A stretch of DNA of 32,000 bases, from positions 600,001-632,000 of the forward strand of contig JAIZWK010000001.1 of the NCBI GenBank assembly GCA_021498095.1. The letters are read 5' to 3'. How positions within the stretch are numbered: position 1 is the stretch's first letter; each line of letters begins with the position of its first letter. The notes under the pieces were generated by a model. The model did not search any database, was not told the DNA's origin, and saw nothing but the letters and a program-made list of their open reading frames with translations. The translations under genes and the position numbers were made by a program. Below are positions 1 through 9,635 of the stretch, piece after piece. Origin of the DNA: Candidatus Harpocratesius repetitus. GTDB lineage: Archaea; Asgardarchaeota; Lokiarchaeia; Sigyniarchaeales; Promethearchaeaceae.

Positions 1-450
1 TATTCAAAAAGCCATGGAGGATTTTCCACCCATTGATGAAAATAAATTCTTATAATTTTTCATTGATCTTTACCAAGATTTATACCCAATTATACTGCTT
101 TTTTTTCATTTATACTTTTTTATCAAAATTTTTTCATTGATTTTTCTCACTAAAAGCAATTTAATAAGAAGATTATTAGAAATATTCTAATAAAATATTC
201 CAAAGTTTTTATCTATTCTTCAAAATAGAGAAAATCCAAGATGAAAATGTGATCCCGACAAAATATCTTTGCTAAAATTGTGGGAAAAAATCCAGTATCG
301 AATTTTAACTATCTTTATTTAACTGAAAAATATTTGAAGAGAGGAGAGCAAAGATTTTTTTCTTGATACCCTTCATTTATTTTTTGTGGGAAAAAAATTT
401 ATGATAGCATGAATTCGGCAGAAGAGATGACCCAAATTGTAGGATTTATC

Positions 451-465
451 CAAAACATTTAAATA
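451..465 (+). promoter_or_regulatory. BRE/TATA promoter of the histone gene
   Basis: CAAAA (451-455) followed by TTTAAATA (458-465), about 60 bp upstream of the histone ATG; archaeal promoter geometry. Confidence 0.6.
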
Positions 466-525
466 AGGATAACGTTATTATTACAATATATCCGCGGAGG
501 ATATAGAGTTTTTGACGTGATTATT

Positions 526-780
526 ATGGCTAAGAAAAAATCAAAGAAACCAGCTCCAAAGAAAAAGAAACCCGCTAGTCGCGCTTCTTATATCGCGAAG
601 GCACCTATTCGACGTTTAATGAAAGATGAAGGCGCATCTTTAGTTGCGGAAGATGCACTAGAATTGTTAATTGATGTTTTAACCAAAGCCGCTCAAAATA
701 AAACCAAAGCTGCTATTAAATTGGTTAAAGCAGATAAACGCAAGCGCGTCACTGCCGCCGATATTAGCGCTGCAGAATAA
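526..780 (+). CDS. Archaeal histone with Lys-rich N-terminal tail
   Basis: Histone fold IAKAPIRRLMK..GA..VAEDA..L...KRKRVTAADI preceded by MAKKKSKKPAPKKKKPAS; ATG at 526 preferred over GTG 517, which lies in the SD-like GTGA. Confidence 0.9.
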   Translation: MAKKKSKKPAPKKKKPASRASYIAKAPIRRLMKDEGASLVAEDALELLIDVLTKAAQNKTKAAIKLVKADKRKRVTAADISAAE

Positions 781-810
781 TTCTTTTTATTCTGCCTTTT
801 TTTCTCTATC
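781..810 (+). terminator. U-rich terminator after histone gene
   Basis: TTCTTTTT..CCTTTTTTTCTCT directly after the stop codon. Confidence 0.5.
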
Positions 811-951
811 TTATTAAATACCACAATTTTTATTCTATTACATTCCACTTTTTTTAAAAAATAACTTAATTATTTGAAGATTTAACTTTGCCATTAACCC
901 TTTAACGAGATGATTTTTTAAAAACCATGTTCCTTTATTACTTGAACTGAG

Positions 952-1761
952 TTGATTAATGTACAAAATGCTTTTTTTTATCACCAAGGATTAGAATATA
1001 AACTGTCATGGGCGGAACCCCGATTCCACCATCCAGTCATTTATCACAATTTTGGTCGTAAATTACTTCAATATATACGATTTACTCAATCATCTGAATT
1101 TCCTAATAATCTTTTTAATAATCGATATGGGCTTCGTTGCTCATCATTTCGAATAAGAAATTTAGTTAAAGATGCCCAGAAAAAAATCAGTTTGGCTTTA
1201 GTAAGTCAAAAACATGTAAGTTTAATTAAAATAAATGATGTTCGTGCATCTAAAGCAGAGGGTATTGAAGTTTTACCAAAAATGGCCAAGATTTGGTATG
1301 AAATCAATTGCCAATTGCATGACAAGAATCCTGGTCACGAACCTATTTTACAAAAAATTATGGAGTTACATCAACAAGCCTTAGCTTCAGAAGTTCCAGT
1401 GTGGACTTCTACTTTTGACAGCATTACAAGTCATAGGATCCGTCCATCTCCCTATAATTGTATAGCTTCTGAAGAATTTACAGGTCATATTGACTTATTG
1501 TTATTTGATGAAAAAGATCAGTCTCTTATCGTAGCGGATTATAAGCCCGAAGAGAAATTCTTGAGATCTCTTCCACAAGTGGCGATTTATGGTTTGATTA
1601 TGAAACAGATACTGAATTATCCAAAAGTAAAATGTGTTTCGTTTAGTAGAGAGAAAGCATGGATCTACAATCCTGAAATAATTCGAACGGTTGTTATTGA
1701 ATATATTAAAAGTTATGGTGATCCCCAATTGGAATGGCGGGATCTTGTTTATTCGTTGTAA
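952..1761 (+). CDS. PD-(D/E)XK (RecB-like) nuclease family protein, copy 1
   Basis: Motifs EVPVW, GHIDLL, DYKP, QVAIY; TTG start uncertain. Confidence 0.75.
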   Translation: MINVQNAFFYHQGLEYKLSWAEPRFHHPVIYHNFGRKLLQYIRFTQSSEFPNNLFNNRYGLRCSSFRIRNLVKDAQKKISLALVSQKHVSLIKINDVRASKAEGIEVLPKMAKIWYEINCQLHDKNPGHEPILQKIMELHQQALASEVPVWTSTFDSITSHRIRPSPYNCIASEEFTGHIDLLLFDEKDQSLIVADYKPEEKFLRSLPQVAIYGLIMKQILNYPKVKCVSFSREKAWIYNPEIIRTVVIEYIKSYGDPQLEWRDLVYSL

Positions 1762-1777
1762 AAAAATTAGATTTCGG

Positions 1778-2671
1778 ATGAAAAAAGTGGTAAATAGAAA
1801 ACTTACAAAAAAAGATATTCAAGATTTCAAGCAAAAACGTTTTATTCATAATGGAATGGAATATATATTTAAATGGGCAAAAAAGCAATTTGTTTTAGAG
1901 CAAATGCCTCCAGATATTGGTATAAAAATTACAAATTACTTTAATATTATCACACAAGGTATTGTACCTATTGATCTTTTCAATAATCCCTTTATTTTGC
2001 GATGTTCTAAATTTCGAGTGAAAAATTTACAGCGAGGGGCTCAAAGAAAAATATCACAGCAATTAATAGAAGATAATAGGATTTTTCCAATAATTAGAGA
2101 AAGTAATGATCAAAGTTTAAATGAATACCCTAAAGAAAATTCTGCATTTTTAAATTCAATATTGGAAATCACTGAGAATACTTTTGCATCTTACTGGGAA
2201 CAAGGGTATAGAGATTATAAACCATCGCATGATGAAGTTCTTTCTTCAATACTTCTTCAGCATGATGGTGCCCTTTCAATTGAAGTTCCTGTTTGGACTC
2301 GAAAAAAATCTTCATTAGAACAATTCCTTGTTAAAAATAATGAGAATGAATCATTTTCATGCGATTTTACCTATTCTTTAACAGGACATATCGATCTTTT
2401 ACTCTGGGATTCTTCAACACAGTGTTTTATAGTAGCAGATTACAAACCAGAAGGATATTTTCTACGATCGCTTCCTCAAGTGGCAGTTTATGCTCTAATA
2501 TTGCAAAAGAATTTGGAATTATCAAAAGTATTATGTTTATCATTTAATAAAGATGAAGCATGGTTATATTCACCACAAATTTTAATTGAAGACATTAATC
2601 CAATGTTGGAACAATACGGAAACCCTTCTTTAAAATGGAGAAAAATTGTAAAATCGTTCTATAAGATTTAA
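1778..2671 (+). CDS. PD-(D/E)XK (RecB-like) nuclease family protein, copy 2
   Basis: Motifs EVPVW, GHIDLL, DYKP, QVAVY; ATG 1778 (MKKVV) chosen because it avoids overlap with copy 1. Confidence 0.75.
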   Translation: MKKVVNRKLTKKDIQDFKQKRFIHNGMEYIFKWAKKQFVLEQMPPDIGIKITNYFNIITQGIVPIDLFNNPFILRCSKFRVKNLQRGAQRKISQQLIEDNRIFPIIRESNDQSLNEYPKENSAFLNSILEITENTFASYWEQGYRDYKPSHDEVLSSILLQHDGALSIEVPVWTRKKSSLEQFLVKNNENESFSCDFTYSLTGHIDLLLWDSSTQCFIVADYKPEGYFLRSLPQVAVYALILQKNLELSKVLCLSFNKDEAWLYSPQILIEDINPMLEQYGNPSLKWRKIVKSFYKI

Positions 2672-2786
2672 TAAAAAAGAATTGAGTGATTTTTTATCAA
2701 GTTTATATTAATTATATAATCGTATATTGATATTATTAATCTGTAGTACAAAGAAATTAGGAAAAATATTAATAATTAAGCCAAGA

Positions 2787-3065
2787 TTAAGCTTTAGTTT
2801 CTTCTTTATTACCTTTTTTCTTACCTTTCTTTTTACCAAGTACAATCTCTTCTTGATTTTCTTCTTCTTTTTGTATAAAGTCATTTTTTAGAAAATATCC
2901 AATTCCTAAAATGACTACAAGATTAATAACTGTAACAACAGTGCCAATCACATAACCATTAGAACCTTGAATTCTAAGGAAAACTCCAATAATAGGAGCG
3001 ATTATTAGGAGCAATCCAGCAATTATCCCCTTAAACATATACATATTTTTTTTTGAATCAGCCAT
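2787..3065 (-). CDS. Small membrane protein (2 TM) with charged Lys-rich C-terminal tail
   Basis: Two hydrophobic stretches followed by EEENQEE..KKKGKKK; ATG at 3065 (MADSKK) preferred over TTG 3083. Confidence 0.7.
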   Translation of the reverse strand: MADSKKNMYMFKGIIAGLLLIIAPIIGVFLRIQGSNGYVIGTVVTVINLVVILGIGYFLKNDFIQKEEENQEEIVLGKKKGKKKGNKEETKA

Positions 3066-3178
3066 TCTTATCGAGTTTTGCAAGGGAACGTTTAATAAAA
3101 ATTTTCTTGAACAAAAAATTTAGAAAAGTTTACTTTTTCTTTTGTTTAAGGAAATCTCTCATTGTTGGAAAAAAGGAA

Positions 3179-5626
3179 CTAACCCCTATTTTTTCTTAAA
3201 TTTGCCTTGAATTTTTTATATATTGCCTTATCCAATTGTTTTCCAATCTTTTTTACTATTCTGAGACATACATTTCTTAATTCACCGTCTAGAATTTGGG
3301 TGGATAAATCTCGAGTCATTGGGTGATTTAACCGGGTTATTGTTTCTTCTTCCATTATTTCTTTAACTTCAGAGTGAATTTCTTCAAAAGTCGGTATTTT
3401 TGTTTTAGACCATAATTCTTGGATTCGCGATAATGCAAAATAATAGTATTGACTTGTTAAATCTAGAGGAGTAGCCTTTTCACTGCTATCAGGATGTTGT
3501 TCGCAAGAATTTGTAGTGGTATCCTTTCCGCAAATTATACAAATTCTTCGATGACTTAATTTTGCATGAATTAACAAGCTTTCTAAAGCCAAGCGGTCAT
3601 CTTTTTCAGTCCAATAAATAGAAGTTGGATTCACTGTGATTGCACTAACTGAAATCAGAGCACTGGTAATTTTTTTCTCAATCCAATTAAATGTACTGAG
3701 TTGTTGTTCTTCACTTATCTTTTTTCGTTTTGCTTGTTCTTTCTCTTTTTCGACTTTTTTAATTTCGAGCCGTTCTTTTCGAATAGCTATTCTGGAAGTT
3801 TTGAATCTCTCCAAAATTTCATAAGCAATGACATAAGACCGTGGAGAAAAATTTTCTTTTTTAAGTTTTATTTTTCCTATATCAGAAAAAAATAATGCAG
3901 GTTCATCAGTAAAGACTTTGATTGCATTTTGGATGTTGCAATCGAATAAACGGGCATAAATAAAAGCATTAATCAAAAAACTATCATTTTCTATATCGAA
4001 AATAAATGCTAATTCTTGTTGACGTTTGATAAGTCTATGAATTATTAATTCTTCAATTTTAATCCTAACCCAGTTTTCTTCTTCTGATGAATCAAAGATT
4101 CTTTTCAACCCGAGTAGTATAACACTTTTATCTTTTTTGACTTTTACATAGCTTTCATAAATTCTTGCTATTTGGACGCAAATATCCGAAAAAAGATTAA
4201 AAAAAATCTCCTCTGCAATCATTTTATTAATATGATCTATATCAAAAACAAAAATATAATTTTCAATCTCGCCACTCAATGGATATTTGGGTTGAATAGA
4301 TGAAGATATTATTAGTTTTTTCAAAAATATAGATTTTAATTGAGTATAATCCACCTTTGCAAGATCACATGCTTGATGTAATATTTCAATTTCAAATTCA
4401 TCATTATTTTTCAATATTTCAGTAATTGACTTCGATCCCTTTAGCTGATTTTTTGTATATATTTCATCGATATAGCGCTGAACTTTCTCTAACTCAGAAA
4501 GATAGAAATTAAATTGAATAAAATCTTCTTTTGTTAATTGGTTTAACATAATATCGTGTAAGAATTTCTTAGAATCAATAGATTGAATTTCACTAAATAA
4601 CTGAAGATCTTCAAATCCATATCGTTTAAAGAATGATTTTACTTGACTAGAGTTAAATTCTAAGATTTTTTGGAGAAAGAATTTAAAATTTTCAATATCA
4701 TTTACTGCTTTTTCTTTTATTTGCTGAATTATCCATTCTTTCAGAGTTTGCTCTAGTTTTTCGAAATTAACTTTTTGATTATTAGCTGTTTTCAATTTTT
4801 CAAAAAAAGCAATTCTAAATTTAATACCAATAAGGTATTGTGTTAACGCTTTCCGATTTCTAGGAACATTTGCACTTTGAAATTGTAAAATTGAATCTGT
4901 TAAGCTTTCAAGAATTTCTGGATTAATATGAATTTCTTTTAAAGATTTAAATTTAAAATTCTCCTTTAATCGATTCAATAGAATTTGAATAGTGGATAAC
5001 TCAATATTCTTCTCATTTCCTCCATCACTAACCAGCTCTTGTTCCAGATCAATAGAAATTGCCCTAATTTTTGTTCCTGCTTGAGAAATAGAGTCTTTAA
5101 TTGAGGATAAATATCCAATATTCTTACCAATAATATCTAGCCATATAATATCTGGATAAATCTGAAATGTTTCGTACAGAAAATCTCTAATTTGTTCACG
5201 ACTAGGTGATTCTAATAGAAAATTTTGCATTCCAGCTTGTTCGAGTAAGTTTTCTATTATTTGAAGTTCAAAATTGCTAAAACTAAGTAATATATCTAAT
5301 TCTTTTGTTAACATATCATTAAAAAGAAGTGTAATTTCATCAAAAAGATCCTTTTTTTCTTGAATTTCTTGAAGATTTTCATTTAATTCTCGAGAAATCA
5401 TGCTTTCTTTTGGTTGTGTTCTTATTCCAAGATAATGATAGCATTGGATTGCACAAGCACCAATTAGCAAATTTGAAAGAGTATTTTCTTTTGTTGTTAA
5501 CTTATAGATTTCTTCTCGATTTGAAGATCTCTTAAACCTAGTCAAAATTAGTTGAATTGTTTGAAAATATTTTTGAGTGCTTTCTTCTGCAGTCGATGGT
5601 TTAATAATTACAGAGCGTTCAGGCAT
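3179..5626 (-). CDS. Large helical hypothetical protein with C-terminal CxxC-x8-CxxH Zn finger
   Basis: Long ORF; SD GAGGTGA before ATG 5626; CIICG..CEQH near the C-terminus. Confidence 0.85.
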   Translation of the reverse strand: MPERSVIIKPSTAEESTQKYFQTIQLILTRFKRSSNREEIYKLTTKENTLSNLLIGACAIQCYHYLGIRTQPKESMISRELNENLQEIQEKKDLFDEITLLFNDMLTKELDILLSFSNFELQIIENLLEQAGMQNFLLESPSREQIRDFLYETFQIYPDIIWLDIIGKNIGYLSSIKDSISQAGTKIRAISIDLEQELVSDGGNEKNIELSTIQILLNRLKENFKFKSLKEIHINPEILESLTDSILQFQSANVPRNRKALTQYLIGIKFRIAFFEKLKTANNQKVNFEKLEQTLKEWIIQQIKEKAVNDIENFKFFLQKILEFNSSQVKSFFKRYGFEDLQLFSEIQSIDSKKFLHDIMLNQLTKEDFIQFNFYLSELEKVQRYIDEIYTKNQLKGSKSITEILKNNDEFEIEILHQACDLAKVDYTQLKSIFLKKLIISSSIQPKYPLSGEIENYIFVFDIDHINKMIAEEIFFNLFSDICVQIARIYESYVKVKKDKSVILLGLKRIFDSSEEENWVRIKIEELIIHRLIKRQQELAFIFDIENDSFLINAFIYARLFDCNIQNAIKVFTDEPALFFSDIGKIKLKKENFSPRSYVIAYEILERFKTSRIAIRKERLEIKKVEKEKEQAKRKKISEEQQLSTFNWIEKKITSALISVSAITVNPTSIYWTEKDDRLALESLLIHAKLSHRRICIICGKDTTTNSCEQHPDSSEKATPLDLTSQYYYFALSRIQELWSKTKIPTFEEIHSEVKEIMEEETITRLNHPMTRDLSTQILDGELRNVCLRIVKKIGKQLDKAIYKKFKANLRKNRG

Positions 5627-7988
5627 GATTCTCACCTCTAAGAAATGGAGCAATTTTATCAAAATTAGTTGAGATAGATACCTTCACAAATTTATCTTTT
5701 AGATTTTGAAATTCTAAAATATGATCAATTTTAATTTTGGATGGTGATAATGGTTCAGCAGATTTAAGAATCAATAGTTTTGGAAAAGGTAAAATCGAAC
5801 TGAAATATTTCATCTCTTCTTCTACTACAAATCCATAAAAAGATTTTTCAATTTTAAAACTTTCACGCATGTCTTGAATTACAGTTGAAAGCATTTCTTC
5901 ATTTGAACGTACTGGACCAATTAATTTTTTTGCTAAATATGAATTAGGGAACCTTTGAAAGGATTCTAATGATATATACACAATTTGACGAAGAAAATCG
6001 GGGAATTCATTAATAATTTCTAAACCCTCTATATAAGTGTAATAAATTTCCACTAAATCTTTAAGCTGAATATTTGACATTGCAATTTTATCGAGATAAT
6101 TTTTCATAGGTTCGATAAATCCATCAATACTTGTATCTTTCTTAACTCTATTACTAACATAATCCATAAAAAGCAATAATATTTTGCTTTTAGGCCAAAT
6201 TACATCGTATTGTTTATCAATTTGATAATTTTCTTCATACTTTTGAATAAAGTCTCGTATATATGTAAAAAACACTTCACGCCATTGAAGATTCAAAATT
6301 ATCATGCGATTTTCCAAAAGATATTTTATTAACTCATCTCCAAACGATTTTGGCGTAAATTCTAAGTCTAAAGGAAACTTTTTCAAAAACTGTTGTAATG
6401 TTGAATTACGAAGTATGAAACCCCATAAAAATTCAATTTCTTTTGGAAATAATTTTAATTTTGTAATATATGTTTGGAAATTTTCATTGGATTCAAATTG
6501 CTTTTTGCAGAATTCAAGAAGATCAACTATATTGATACTACTAATTTTAATGAAAGGTTCAAGCATGTCTTTAACAATCTTTTTAAACTCTATTAATAAA
6601 TGGACTTGACTTCGAGCAGAAATTTGACTATTTTTTAATTGAAGTTGAGTTTCAAGATACTTTTTGAAATTAGTTAAAATCTTCTTACCTAAATGAATTG
6701 TTGATTTTTTTTTGATTGAATGAAGATTTTCTTCAAGTAATTCCATTAATTTATTATTCATCTCATCAAAATAAAAGATTTGAATGTACTGACGATAAGT
6801 TTTCTTGATTTTCTTTAGTGTTTGATTTAAACTTTCTTCTATGTATAGAAAAGGTGCTTGTAAATCCATTGGTCGAATTCTATCGTAAGAAATGGATGAG
6901 TATCTAAAGTTTTTCAAGTGATGAATAAGTATTTTTCCCATTATATTTTGGAAAAGATCAACACTAGATAAATCATTAAAAGATCGCAGTTTATGATTGT
7001 AATCTTCTTTAATCTCATCTAAAGATTTAAAAGCTCGTTTATTAATATACTTTTGATAATTTTCTTTGAAAATTAATTTCCAGTGCTCAATTTCTTCTAA
7101 ATACATACTCCAATATTTAATAAATTGATCAAAATCTAATGATTTTCCTTTAATTTCGCTTTTTTCTAAGAAAATGTTAAGTATCAATGTAATAATTTGC
7201 TTTTGTGTATCATCAGTTGTCCCTGTATTTGCAATTTTTAGTAGATTTGCACCAAGTTTAAATGAATGTTGAGCGATTATATAAGCAATACTTGGATGAA
7301 TTTCATATTTGGAAAATTCAAATCTTTCATCTTCACTTAATCGAAGACGTGGATAGCCAAATCTTGGATTACGAATTTCTATAATTCTATCTTTCCAATT
7401 TTTAAAATATTCTAAATTCATATTTATATATGATATATTTCTATCTTCTTCACGTAATCCAACCATTTTACGGTTCCATTTTGTTTCAATTACCTCAGCT
7501 TGGAGTTTGGAAGTAAACCTAGTTGCAAATTTTTGTAAAATAAGAGCACGTTGTTCTTTATTTAATTCTGGGATATCTATAGCTCCTTCAATTTCATATA
7601 ATAATTCATTAATATGATTAATACTTTCTTTTGGCTTTTTATCATCCATCAAAGCTAACTGTGGAGCTAAAAGTAATAAAAATGAAACGGAATCCTTATA
7701 TATTCCAGGTATAAAAAGCATTGATTTTGGCATTATTCTTGTTTCAAAATGTTTTTGGGGAGAAATTAATTCAAATTCTAATGAATACAATTCACATCCT
7801 GCAAAATCCCTTAACATTCCTGAAAATCCACTTAAATATTCTAAAATCTCTTTTATTAAGTGTTGAGAATGATGCTTTGATAATTTACCTATGCCTCGAA
7901 TTTCTCCTATTTCGATTTGATGATAACCCTTATATCCAAAGACTACAGTAAGTTGTTTTTGAATTTCATCTGAAGTAGTTAAACTCAT
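5619..7988 (-). CDS. Large hypothetical protein (789 aa), translationally coupled to the downstream gene
   Basis: Long ORF; its stop overlaps the next start by 8 nt; no catalytic motif recognised. Confidence 0.85.
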   Translation of the reverse strand: MSLTTSDEIQKQLTVVFGYKGYHQIEIGEIRGIGKLSKHHSQHLIKEILEYLSGFSGMLRDFAGCELYSLEFELISPQKHFETRIMPKSMLFIPGIYKDSVSFLLLLAPQLALMDDKKPKESINHINELLYEIEGAIDIPELNKEQRALILQKFATRFTSKLQAEVIETKWNRKMVGLREEDRNISYINMNLEYFKNWKDRIIEIRNPRFGYPRLRLSEDERFEFSKYEIHPSIAYIIAQHSFKLGANLLKIANTGTTDDTQKQIITLILNIFLEKSEIKGKSLDFDQFIKYWSMYLEEIEHWKLIFKENYQKYINKRAFKSLDEIKEDYNHKLRSFNDLSSVDLFQNIMGKILIHHLKNFRYSSISYDRIRPMDLQAPFLYIEESLNQTLKKIKKTYRQYIQIFYFDEMNNKLMELLEENLHSIKKKSTIHLGKKILTNFKKYLETQLQLKNSQISARSQVHLLIEFKKIVKDMLEPFIKISSINIVDLLEFCKKQFESNENFQTYITKLKLFPKEIEFLWGFILRNSTLQQFLKKFPLDLEFTPKSFGDELIKYLLENRMIILNLQWREVFFTYIRDFIQKYEENYQIDKQYDVIWPKSKILLLFMDYVSNRVKKDTSIDGFIEPMKNYLDKIAMSNIQLKDLVEIYYTYIEGLEIINEFPDFLRQIVYISLESFQRFPNSYLAKKLIGPVRSNEEMLSTVIQDMRESFKIEKSFYGFVVEEEMKYFSSILPFPKLLILKSAEPLSPSKIKIDHILEFQNLKDKFVKVSISTNFDKIAPFLRGENHA

Positions 7989-8122
7989 AGTAAAAAATCC
8001 ATCTGGCTATTTCTTGTATATAATAATGTTTGATATTTCAAGTACTTATAAGTTCTTGCTTTATTTCTTTGGGTGATTTTAATTAGTGTTTATTCTTTTA
8101 TTTATTTATCAAGTGGGTTAGA

Positions 8123-9121
8123 ATGAAAAAAAAAAATATTGAAAATCTAATCGCAATTTTTTGGGGTTTTAATTTTATTTTTCTTTTAGTTTACGCTATA
8201 ATAATATCTTTAATTGATTTGATAAAAAAGAAAAAAGAAAAAATCTATGATGATCCTGATTATAATCGACAATTTAAAATTTTGATAAGTGTTCCTTCAA
8301 TAACTTTAATACTTTTTTTAGTAAATTCGCTTATAATTCATATTGCAAATGAAATTTTTCTTGTTTCAACATTAATCATCTATCAAATTGGAATTCTTTT
8401 TTCTGTGGGATTAATTCTTCTTTTTCCTAAAGAAATAATGATTTTATTTGACAAAAAGGTAAAAAGTATACTTCCCAGCTTTAAACAATTTGGATTTTTT
8501 ATTTTAATCGATATTGCTGTTTCTATTCTTTTTATTTCAACTTGGCGAATTTTATATGAAAGTGTTTCTCTCTTTATTTTTAATTTAATTTCTATGTTTG
8601 CACTTTCATTATTAGTTTATCGATATTATTTAGTATACAAGATGGAAAAAAGTAAGTTACAAGATCTTATGGAAGTTGAAGAACTTCTGGAATATAAATC
8701 GACAAATTATGCAAAATTAAGGAAAAATGTTATTCAATTACAGGAAAAAGTTAATGGATTAATCGATGATAAAAAATTTGAAAAAGCAATTGATTATTTA
8801 AAAATCATTCAGAAAAAATCATCTCAACTTATAAACATATCAAAAAAAATGAAAAAACGGGAAAATTTTTCAGAAGCTACTATATTATTGAAAAAAACTA
8901 ATAAGAAACGCTATATAGCGGAGCGAGAAAAAGATTTTTTGAAGATTAGAGAATTACAAGAATCCTTATCAAGTATACAAAATCAAGACCAAGAATCTCA
9001 AAAAAAAATTGAAATTGAACTTAATAAACTCTTGAATAAAAGAATCAATTCAGCTAAGAAAATGCATATGCAAAAAGATATTGAAAAATTCTCAGAAATA
9101 AAAAAGTATTTGAAATTTTAA
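8123..9121 (+). CDS. Multi-pass membrane protein with charged helical C-terminal domain
   Basis: About 5-6 hydrophobic segments in the N-terminal half, Lys/Glu-rich helical C-terminal half. Confidence 0.75.
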   Translation: MKKKNIENLIAIFWGFNFIFLLVYAIIISLIDLIKKKKEKIYDDPDYNRQFKILISVPSITLILFLVNSLIIHIANEIFLVSTLIIYQIGILFSVGLILLFPKEIMILFDKKVKSILPSFKQFGFFILIDIAVSILFISTWRILYESVSLFIFNLISMFALSLLVYRYYLVYKMEKSKLQDLMEVEELLEYKSTNYAKLRKNVIQLQEKVNGLIDDKKFEKAIDYLKIIQKKSSQLINISKKMKKRENFSEATILLKKTNKKRYIAEREKDFLKIRELQESLSSIQNQDQESQKKIEIELNKLLNKRINSAKKMHMQKDIEKFSEIKKYLKF

Positions 9122-9169
9122 TTGCTCTATTTTTTAATTTTGATCATTCTAAAAAAGGATATTTTAAAA

Positions 9170-9496
9170 ATGACTCAATTTTTCAAGAAGGAATATCAAA
9201 CTGCTGCTCTCAAAATTATTCAAAAATATGGTATTTTATCACCTGAAATCTTGCAACATGAATTAAAAATAAAGTTTGAAAATACTCAAAAATTGATTGA
9301 TTTTCTTTTTATTCAAGGTTTTATTAAAGAAAAAATAGATAAAAAGGATCCAATGGAAAACTCTAATACCAGGAATATCTGTCAAAATGGTTGTAAAGGT
9401 TGCCCATTTAATTCTATCTCTCAGTGTTCAATCTCAAAATCTAGAAAAAATTATTTTTTGACAGAAAAAGCTCTAAATTTTATACAATCATCCTAA
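9170..9496 (+). CDS. Winged-helix protein with FeoC-like Cys cluster
   Basis: wHTH pattern (IIQKYG.LS...L...LK....LI..L...G.I) plus CQNGCKGCPFNSISQC and wing-like YFLTEKA; ATG 9170. Confidence 0.65.
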   Translation: MTQFFKKEYQTAALKIIQKYGILSPEILQHELKIKFENTQKLIDFLFIQGFIKEKIDKKDPMENSNTRNICQNGCKGCPFNSISQCSISKSRKNYFLTEKALNFIQSS

Positions 9497-9635
9497 ACTA
9501 AAAATTCATTCATTTTAGTTGTTAATTTTTTGCTTTATCTAATATTATTAATCATATTCATAGTTTATTGTTGCTATTTTGATTAAAAATTATTATTAAT
9601 TAAAATCAATTTCAAACAAAGAGAAAGAGTGTTGT

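Noticed and set aside
2-55. Possible 3' end of an upstream gene (IQKAMEDFPPIDENKIL-stop)
   Set aside because: Only 17 codons with no recognisable motif; cannot be supported from this window
952-2671. Cas4 / CRISPR association of the nuclease pair
   Set aside because: No four-Cys Fe-S motif, no other cas genes and no repeat-spacer array seen in the window
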